From Candidatus Saccharimonadota bacterium (GTDB taxonomy: Bacteria > Patescibacteriota > Saccharimonadia > Saccharimonadales > Saccharimonadaceae): DNA of 32,000 nt. Location of the stretch: the NCBI GenBank assembly GCA_025349965.1, contig CP075337.1, forward strand, positions 30,001 to 62,000, given 5' to 3'. The translations under genes and the position numbers were made by a program. Numbering within the stretch: position 1 is the first letter of the stretch; each line of letters starts with the position of its first letter. The notes under the pieces were generated by a model, which did no database searches, was not told the DNA's origin, and saw nothing but the letters and a program-made list of their open reading frames with translations. Positions 25,145-31,606 of the stretch are shown in pieces.

Positions 25145-26091
25145 TATTGGATATTACTTGATGTTGACTTATCAATTACGAAAAGTGGCCTGCCTTGTGA
25201 TTGACTATGGACGTGAGATAGGTATACGGCAATCATTCCCTGGGACATGAGTACAATTCCGACGAGGAAGGATATAAAGATTCCAAGCAATGCGGAACCT
25301 GTAAAGTTTAGTTGTAGGGGGTCACCTAGGATGAATTGTTCAAGGGCAACAAAAACGCCAATAATTAATGATATTGTCGTGATAGTTGCGCCAATCCAGC
25401 CAAAGAGGAAGAGTGGCTTGAGGGATAGGGATACAAAACTATTTGTTGCGAGCTTGATAAGCTGACTTGTTTTATAGCTTGCCTCGCCAGCGAGTCGTTC
25501 TGGAGAATCAAAGATGATGTATTCACGCTTAAATCCAAGCCAATCGATGAGCCCTCGTGTGATGCGGTTACGCTCTGCAAATTTTAGAAACTCTTCACGA
25601 ACTTCTTTGGAAATGAGGCGGAAGTCCGTTGAGCGTGGAACCATAGCCTCTCCCGAAGTTCCATTGAATGCTTTATAGAATAGTTTTGAACCAAACTCCT
25701 TTATAAAGCCTTCGTGCTGTTGTTTGTTACGGACTCCAATGACGACTTGTGCGCCTTTCTTCCACTTTGCAGTAAACTGATCGATGATTGCTGGTGGATG
25801 CTGTCCATCGGCGTCTAAAATAATTGTTGCATCTCCTGATGCCTGAAAAATACCTGCTGTAGTTGCAATTTCTTTGCCGAAGTTACGTGATAGATTAACA
25901 ACTTTCACATTGCTATCTTTCTTTGCAATCCTTGTAAGGAGTTCAAGGGTCTTGTCTTTACTTCCATCGTTAATGTAGATAATTTCGTAATTCTTTGTGG
26001 CGTTTTTAACACCAGGAAGTAATAGGTCTTGATGAAAAGTTTCGATACCCTCCGCTTCATTATATGCAGGTATAACAACAGACAGTTTCAT
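25144..26091 (-). CDS. GT2 polyprenyl-phosphate glycosyltransferase (second, divergent copy)
   Basis: VVIPAYNEA, INDGSKDKT, DADGQHPP (against DADLQDPPE in the first copy), and two C-terminal TM helices. Confidence 0.9.
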   Translation of the reverse strand: MKLSVVIPAYNEAEGIETFHQDLLLPGVKNATKNYEIIYINDGSKDKTLELLTRIAKKDSNVKVVNLSRNFGKEIATTAGIFQASGDATIILDADGQHPPAIIDQFTAKWKKGAQVVIGVRNKQQHEGFIKEFGSKLFYKAFNGTSGEAMVPRSTDFRLISKEVREEFLKFAERNRITRGLIDWLGFKREYIIFDSPERLAGEASYKTSQLIKLATNSFVSLSLKPLFLFGWIGATITTISLIIGVFVALEQFILGDPLQLNFTGSALLGIFISFLVGIVLMSQGMIAVYLSHVHSQSQGRPLFVIDKSTSSNIQ

Positions 26092-26136
26092 AAAAGTCAG
26101 ACTTCTCCTTAGGTGGGCTCGCTAATAATCATCCTT

Positions 26137-26146
26137 AGTATATAAT
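26137..26146. promoter_or_regulatory. Overlapping divergent -10-like hexamers (minus TATACT 26142-26137; plus TATAAT 26141-26146)
   Basis: The plus TATAAT is 7 nt from the manC ATG 26154, with no SD. The minus TATACT is followed by a 45-nt leader containing AAGGAG before ATG 26091. Confidence 0.4.
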
Positions 26147-26153
26147 AAAAGAT

Positions 26154-27203
26154 ATGATTACCGTAATTATTGCCGGCGGATCTGGCACACGCCTGTGGCC
26201 ACTATCTACCAGCGACTATCCGAAGCATCTATTAAAACTAACAGGCGATCGAAGTCTTCTTCAGTCTGCGTATGACCGAGCGAAGAAGGTGGGTGATACT
26301 GTCTATGTTGTGACCGAGGCGAGTCACGCGCATCACGTGAAGGATCAGTTGACCGATCTTCCGGATGAAAATTTCCTTATTGAGCCGGGCCGCCGCGGTA
26401 CAGGTAACTGTATTGTTTTCGCGCTTGATGTCATTTCGCGTCGTCATGATCGTGATGAGCCAATTGCGTTTGTGCACTCTGACCATAGTATTCGTGACAC
26501 TGAAGGGTATGTACGCTCTCTACAGACGGCAGCAAGGGCATCTGTAGAGACAAATAAGGTAACACTTATTGGTATTGAACCAACCTTCCCGGCTACAGGG
26601 TTTGGATATATTGAACGTGATGGAGTTCTGGGTGATACCGGTGCGTACAATATAGAATCTTTCAAAGAGAAGCCAGATTATGCAACAGCGCAAGAGTATG
26701 TTCGAGCTGGTCGATACCTGTGGAATTGCGGCTACTTTGTTGGCTCGGTCAACACATTTATGTCAGAAATTAATGAAGTTGCAGCTGACCTCAAGGAGAG
26801 CTATGACCGTCTTTCTGCTATAGGTGAAGTACCGTCAGAGGCATACAACGAAACATATCTTTCATTCCCTGATCTTGTGATTGACTACTCACTTGCAGAA
26901 CGCTCACATAACCTAGCAGTAGTGCCGGCGAACTTTGACTGGATGGATATCGGTTCATTTAAGGACCTTCACGAGGCAAATGAATCTGACGAAGCAGGTA
27001 ACTTCTTTAAGGGTCCAGCGATCTACGGTGAAGAAGTTGAGAACGTGTATATTCATAACGAAGAAGAGAAGCCAGTTGGTGTTATTGGTCTTGATAATAT
27101 CGTTGTAATCAATACACCAGATGGAATTCTTGTTGCACGTAAGGATCTTAGCCAGAAGGTAAAAGAAATTGTTGCACGCGTAAAAGCTGATAAGGAGGCG
27201 TAA
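26154..27203 (+). CDS. manC: Mannose-1-phosphate guanylyltransferase (nucleotidyltransferase part only; no fused cupin/PMI domain)
   Basis: MITVIIAGGSGTRLWPLS...YPKHLL and GFGYIE match ManC/CpsB-type GMP N-terminal and central regions. At 349 aa it ends before the cupin domain found in bifunctional type II PMI-GMP. Confidence 0.8.
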   Translation: MITVIIAGGSGTRLWPLSTSDYPKHLLKLTGDRSLLQSAYDRAKKVGDTVYVVTEASHAHHVKDQLTDLPDENFLIEPGRRGTGNCIVFALDVISRRHDRDEPIAFVHSDHSIRDTEGYVRSLQTAARASVETNKVTLIGIEPTFPATGFGYIERDGVLGDTGAYNIESFKEKPDYATAQEYVRAGRYLWNCGYFVGSVNTFMSEINEVAADLKESYDRLSAIGEVPSEAYNETYLSFPDLVIDYSLAERSHNLAVVPANFDWMDIGSFKDLHEANESDEAGNFFKGPAIYGEEVENVYIHNEEEKPVGVIGLDNIVVINTPDGILVARKDLSQKVKEIVARVKADKEA

Positions 27204-27958
27204 TGAAGAAACTACTTGCTTTTGACTTAGATGATACACTCGCTGTTTCAAAATCGCCAATGAGTGATCGTATGGCGACCGTACTCGGCAAGATTCTTGA
27301 TCAGTTTGATGTTTGTATTATTTCGGGCGGACGCTACGAGCAGTTCCAGAAACAAGTGATTGAGCAGGCTGATTTCAGCCCAATGCAGCTTCGCCGTCTT
27401 CATCTTATGCCTACGTGCGGCACGCGGTATTATCGATTTAACGAAGTTGCTAAAGAGTGGGAGCTTCAGTACGCAGAAGATCTTACCGAAGCAGATAAGA
27501 AGAAAATTATCGCTGCGCTTGAGGCGGGCGCAAAAGAGCTTGGCTACTGGGAGGCGAATCCTGCAGGTGATATTATTGAAGACCGCCTGAGTCAAATTAC
27601 CTTTTCTGCACTTGGTCAACAGGCAAAGCCAGACGATAAGTACAAATGGGACCCAGAAGGAACAAAGAAAGCAGCGCTTCGCACTCATGTTGCGAAGGCG
27701 TTGCCGGAATTTGAAGTTCGCGCTGGTGGCTCTACGTCAATTGATATTACAAAGCCAAACATTGATAAGGCATATGGTATGCAACGGCTTATCGACATTC
27801 TTGATATTAGTCGTGATGATATCCTTTTCTTTGGTGATAACCTCCAAGAGGGCGGTAATGACTACCCAGTACGAGCAATGGGCATTGAGTCTCTTGATGT
27901 TGATGAATGGGAAGATACAGCTGCTCGACTCGAGACGATTATTGCAGTAACCAACTAG
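27203..27958 (+). CDS. HAD-IIB hydrolase resembling eukaryote-type phosphomannomutase
   Basis: HAD motif I FDLDDTL, a cap region, then GGSTSIDITKPNIDKAYG...ILFFGDNLQEGGNDYPV. This parallels PMM2-type GGQISFDV...DK...YFFGDK...GGND. SD AAGGAGG-N4-ATG. Confidence 0.65.
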   Translation: MKKLLAFDLDDTLAVSKSPMSDRMATVLGKILDQFDVCIISGGRYEQFQKQVIEQADFSPMQLRRLHLMPTCGTRYYRFNEVAKEWELQYAEDLTEADKKKIIAALEAGAKELGYWEANPAGDIIEDRLSQITFSALGQQAKPDDKYKWDPEGTKKAALRTHVAKALPEFEVRAGGSTSIDITKPNIDKAYGMQRLIDILDISRDDILFFGDNLQEGGNDYPVRAMGIESLDVDEWEDTAARLETIIAVTN

Positions 27959-27980
27959 GGAGCTGAGGTAATAAAGAAAA

Positions 27981-28006
27981 GAGGCCGGAGTGCATGCTCC
28001 GGCCTT
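27981..28006. terminator. Bidirectional rho-independent terminator between the HAD gene (+) and rmlA (-)
   Basis: GC-rich stem AGGCCGGAG (27982-27990) / CTCCGGCCT (27997-28005), loop TGCATG, and T-rich flanks on both strands. Confidence 0.75.
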
Positions 28007-28027
28007 TAGCCTTTCCCTTTCGTATAT

Positions 28028-28924
28028 CTAGATGTCCCATTTGCCTTCAGCCAAGCGAATCAGCGACTGACCGTAGTCGGATTTCTGCAGCTTGATGCCA
28101 TGATCCATCAGAGTGTTGGTGGTGATGAATCCTGCACGGTAGGCTTCGGCTTCTGGACTACCGAGCAGTCGGCCGGTCTTCTCCTGGTAGTTGCGCACGA
28201 AGGTGGCAGCTTCATGGAGCGACTCCGGGTTTCCGGTGTCAAACCAGTCGGTGTCACTGTCGAGTACCGACACATGGAGACGGCCGCGTCGTAGGTAAAG
28301 CTCGTTTACCGAAGTGATTTCAAGTTCACCTCGGTCACTTGGCTGTACCATGCTGGCGATATCTACAACATCGGGGCTGTAGAAGTAAATGCCAGGTACT
28401 GCATAGCTTGACTTTGGGTTGACAGGCTTTTCTTCGAGTGAAATGGCCTGTCCTGCCTTGTCAAACTTTACGACGCCAAAATCTTGCGGATTTGGGACGT
28501 GGTAGGCGAAGATGGTTGCACCGTTCGGTTGTGTCGACTTACGGAGGGTTTCCGTGAATCGATGTCCGTTGAAGATATTATCTCCAAAGGTGAGCGCTAC
28601 GTCACTGTCGCCGATGAAGTCGGCTCCAATGATGAATGCTTCTGCAATACCGCGAGGCTTTGGCTGTACGGCATAAGAAATTTCCATGCCGAGCTCATTG
28701 CCGTCGCCGATGGTATTTCTGAACTGCTCCACATTGTCGGGTGCAGCGATGATCAGAATCTCTCTGATGCCGGCGGCGATCAAACTCGAAAGCGAGTAGT
28801 AGATCGTCGGTTTGTCATAGGTGGGGAGGAGCGGTTTGCTAACAGCTGCACCTCTACCTCCTATGCCAAGTGTTGTGGCGCCCATGCGGGTGCCTTTGCC
28901 CGCCGCGAGGACGATGCCTTTCAT
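28028..28924 (-). CDS. rfbA: Glucose-1-phosphate thymidylyltransferase (RmlA/RfbA family) with an N-terminal loop insertion
   Basis: Colinear with E. coli RmlA: MKGIVLAAGKGTR...VSKPLLPTYDKPTIYY, GDNIF, EEKP, ELEITSVN. Between GTR and VSK it has 14 residues where E. coli has 7. Canonical SD AAGGAG-N5-ATG. Confidence 0.92.
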   Translation of the reverse strand: MKGIVLAAGKGTRMGATTLGIGGRGAAVSKPLLPTYDKPTIYYSLSSLIAAGIREILIIAAPDNVEQFRNTIGDGNELGMEISYAVQPKPRGIAEAFIIGADFIGDSDVALTFGDNIFNGHRFTETLRKSTQPNGATIFAYHVPNPQDFGVVKFDKAGQAISLEEKPVNPKSSYAVPGIYFYSPDVVDIASMVQPSDRGELEITSVNELYLRRGRLHVSVLDSDTDWFDTGNPESLHEAATFVRNYQEKTGRLLGSPEAEAYRAGFITTNTLMDHGIKLQKSDYGQSLIRLAEGKWDI

Positions 28925-28929
28925 GGTTA

Positions 28930-28989
28930 CTCCTTAGGATAGATGGGAAGATCGAGACACGTCAAAAGAGGTGCTATAGTATAATTATA
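28930..28989 (-). promoter_or_regulatory. rmlA leader: tandem -10-like hexamers and a strong SD
   Basis: On the minus strand, TATAAT (28989-28984) is followed directly by TATACT (28983-28978). A leader of about 45 nt follows, then AAGGAG (28935-28930). Confidence 0.35.
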
Positions 28990-29026
28990 ACATATTTTTG
29001 CTAAAAAACCAAGTCAATAGAGTGTT

Positions 29027-30148
29027 CTACAGGGTGTCTTCAATGATTTTTCGAATCTTCGTTGCAAAGAATCCTTTATCAAATCGTTTTGCTTTGCGGT
29101 GCAGTGTTGCGGGGCGAAACGCACCGCTTGCAATAAGTGCTTCGCATTTTTTTATGGCATCGATTAAATCTTTAGGTGTCTGGTGTTCAAAGAATACTCC
29201 AGTTTCTCCTTCTTGAACGATATCAAGTGCACCGCCTTTTTTATATGCAATAACCGGCATACCAGCAGCAAGTGCTTCTACGGCTGACATGCCAAAATCT
29301 TCTTCGTTAGGAAAGAGGAAAGCTTTGTGCGTGTGGGAGAGGCGAACAAGCTCCTCGTCACTAACACGACCCGTGAATGTAATGGTCGGACCTGCAAGGC
29401 TTTTGAGGCGTTCTGTGTCTGGCCCACTTCCCACTACGGTGAGTGGTACCCCGAGCTCATTACATGTCTGTATAGCAAGGTCAAAACGTTTATAGGGGAC
29501 ATGCCTTCCCCACAAGATATATCCTTCGCGCTCACCGGTTGGTGGCGGTGTAAACTTGTCGACCTCTATAGGGGGGTAGACGACAGTGCTTGGTTTGTCG
29601 TAATATTCCTTAATACGCTGTTGAGTAACGGTAGAGTTGGCGATGAATATATCAATGTCTTTACTTGATTCAAGGTCAAGCTTGCGCATTTTCTTAACGA
29701 AAAAGGGGATGAATGGGCGGATAAAGGGACTCATCGGCCCGAAATTAAATTCTTTACGAAACTCTTCGTAATGACTCCAGTAGTAACGAGGAGGGGTGTG
29801 GACATAGGCGATGTGTACTTGGCCTGGGCGTGTCTTACGGACCGACTTTGCTTCTGCGCTTGAGCTGCTAATAATTATGTCAAACTCAGAGAGGTCGAGG
29901 GCTCGGAATGCTTTAGCGCGAAGAACTGGCCATAAAACATGTTTGTATCGGAGCGCTTTCGGTAGCTTTTCTTGTAAGTAAGTAGTACGTACGTCGATAT
30001 TTTTGAAAGCCTGCATCTTCTCGGCATCGTACACGGATGTATAAATTGGTGCGTTTGGAAATAGTTTGTGGATCTCGAGTACGAGTGGCTCGGCGCCACC
30101 CATATTCGTGAGCCAGTCGTGGACTATAGCAACTCTTCGACGAGCCAC
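29027..30148 (-). CDS. Glycosyltransferase family 4-like
   Basis: N-terminus RVAIVHDWLTNMGGAEPLV and C-terminal motif FPNEEDFGMSAVEALAAGMPVIAYKKGGALDIV. The ATG directly follows the stop of the upstream PGT gene. Confidence 0.88.
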   Translation of the reverse strand: MARRRVAIVHDWLTNMGGAEPLVLEIHKLFPNAPIYTSVYDAEKMQAFKNIDVRTTYLQEKLPKALRYKHVLWPVLRAKAFRALDLSEFDIIISSSSAEAKSVRKTRPGQVHIAYVHTPPRYYWSHYEEFRKEFNFGPMSPFIRPFIPFFVKKMRKLDLESSKDIDIFIANSTVTQQRIKEYYDKPSTVVYPPIEVDKFTPPPTGEREGYILWGRHVPYKRFDLAIQTCNELGVPLTVVGSGPDTERLKSLAGPTITFTGRVSDEELVRLSHTHKAFLFPNEEDFGMSAVEALAAGMPVIAYKKGGALDIVQEGETGVFFEHQTPKDLIDAIKKCEALIASGAFRPATLHRKAKRFDKGFFATKIRKIIEDTL

Positions 30149-31585
30149 TTACTTTGCACCCTTTTTGCGAAGTACAACCCAAACAGTCTTGAAGAGAATC
30201 TTGATATCAAGCCAGAACGTCCAGTTCTGCGCGTAGAAGAGTTCAAGTTCAATACGATCATTGAAGCTTAGCTCGCTGCGACCCGATACCTGCCACAAGC
30301 CAGTAACGCCAGATTTAACGCTATGGAGAAGTGCAGTACGACCCCTGGCGAGTTTCATTTCTTGAGGGAGGATGGGGCGTGGGCCAACGAGACTTAGGTC
30401 GCCTTTGAGCACGTTGAATAGTTGGGGTAATTCGTCAAGAGAGGTGGCTCGTAGCCAGTTGCCGAACTTCGTGATGCGCGGGTCGTTGTCAACCTTGCGG
30501 TTACGTTCGTATTCCTTCGCTAGGTCTTCTCGGCCCATCTCGCGGAACTCTTCGGCGGCATCTTTGCCTCCGTACTGAGCACCCATGCTGCGGAATTTAA
30601 TCAAGCCAATGGGCTGTGAGAACCGGCTGAGGCGCTTACTGATGTAGAAGGCAGGTCCTGGGTCGGCTAGTTTTTTGACGATGAAGAGGATGATGAAAAT
30701 TGGTGACAGGAGCGCTATGAGAACGAGGCTAGTAAAGAAGTCAAAGATGCGCTTCACGATGGCGCCCCATCCTACGAGAGGGGTTTGGTAGACAGTAATC
30801 ATTGGATAACCAGCAAAGATATCAACGGTGTTTTTTCCTGAATAAAACTCAGATTCACCGGGAATGAAACTGTATTCTGCATGGAAGCGTTGGGCTTCAG
30901 AGAGGATCCGCTGATTGCGTTCGGCATTTTCATAAAGCTCGGTCTGCATAATTGCGGTGATATTGAGTGCTTCGAGTTGCTTCAGAGCTGCTTCTGGTGA
31001 CGAGAAGTGAAGGGCGTTAATTCCTACTGGAAGGTATTTCTTTTCACAGGCAATGGCAACAACGTGATAGCCACTATGTTTTGTGTCAGCGAGGTTGTGC
31101 GCAAGATCACCGGTAACCTCCGAAGAGCCGATGATAAGCAACCGCTTTACCCCTTTGCCGTAGCGGAAGTTGAGTGTTCGGATGAGTCGCATAACTTCCC
31201 TTTCGATAACAATAAGAAAGAATGAGATGAAAAGGGCGTAGACGGCGACGAGTCGCGCAGGAAAGAGTTCTTTTTCGCTTGCGTATTCCCAGCCGATGAT
31301 AAGAAGAATGCCAAGGAAAGACCCGATGGCAATTTTGCTCCACTCAACTAAACGGCGATTGTATGTTTTTGACTGGTAAAGTCCAATAAGCGCGAAGATC
31401 CCAATCCAGAACGGGACTATTAAGAGAAAGGCAAAAAGGTAATCGTACGCGTAGATGTTATGAAGGAGTGGACGGGGGTCGTATTGCACACGTGCAATAT
31501 ACGCAAGGACAAAGGCAGCAATAAGAACAAGTGTATCTATGAGGATAAGGACAAGGTTGTGGGTCCTTGAATTTTGACGGTTCAT
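30149..31585 (-). CDS. Polyprenyl-phosphate glycosylphosphotransferase (WbaP/CpsE-type large PGT; Bac_transf domain)
   Basis: N-terminal TM bundle, a central Rossmann-like segment (RLLIIGSSEVTGDLA), and a C-terminal sugar-transferase domain: KRIFDFFTSLVLIALLSPIFI...DPRITKFGNWLRATSLDELPQLFNVLKGDLSLVGPRP...GLWQVSGR. ATG 31585 (MNRQNSR) is preferred over 31633. Confidence 0.9.
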   Translation of the reverse strand: MNRQNSRTHNLVLILIDTLVLIAAFVLAYIARVQYDPRPLLHNIYAYDYLFAFLLIVPFWIGIFALIGLYQSKTYNRRLVEWSKIAIGSFLGILLIIGWEYASEKELFPARLVAVYALFISFFLIVIEREVMRLIRTLNFRYGKGVKRLLIIGSSEVTGDLAHNLADTKHSGYHVVAIACEKKYLPVGINALHFSSPEAALKQLEALNITAIMQTELYENAERNQRILSEAQRFHAEYSFIPGESEFYSGKNTVDIFAGYPMITVYQTPLVGWGAIVKRIFDFFTSLVLIALLSPIFIILFIVKKLADPGPAFYISKRLSRFSQPIGLIKFRSMGAQYGGKDAAEEFREMGREDLAKEYERNRKVDNDPRITKFGNWLRATSLDELPQLFNVLKGDLSLVGPRPILPQEMKLARGRTALLHSVKSGVTGLWQVSGRSELSFNDRIELELFYAQNWTFWLDIKILFKTVWVVLRKKGAK

Positions 31586-31592
31586 AGTACGT

Positions 31593-31600
31593 AGTATACT
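31593..31600. promoter_or_regulatory. Palindromic AGTATACT serving as a -10-like element on both strands of a 21-bp divergent intergenic region
   Basis: Plus strand: TATACT 31595-31600, then 6 nt, then ATG 31607. Minus strand: TATACT 31598-31593, then 7 nt, then ATG 31585. -35 candidates are TTGACG 31574-31579 (+, N15) and TTGCAC (-, 31621-31616, N17). Confidence 0.5.
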
Positions 31601-31606
31601 AGGGGT

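Noticed and set aside
28484-28942. A 152-aa ORF (+) antisense to rmlA
   Set aside because: The elevated GC of rmlA lowers stop-codon frequency on the opposite strand. The ORF has no motif and no start signal.
28980-28985. A plus-strand TATAAT in the rmlA upstream spacer
   Set aside because: No + strand gene follows, since the next gene (29027-30148) is on the minus strand. It is probably the mirror of the AT-rich minus-strand promoter region.
27959-29026. rmlA as part of a mobile element or genomic island with defined borders
   Set aside because: I could find no integrase, transposase, tRNA target or flanking direct repeats. Only the compositional contrast supports foreign origin, so it is reported as an HGT hypothesis rather than as a mobile element.
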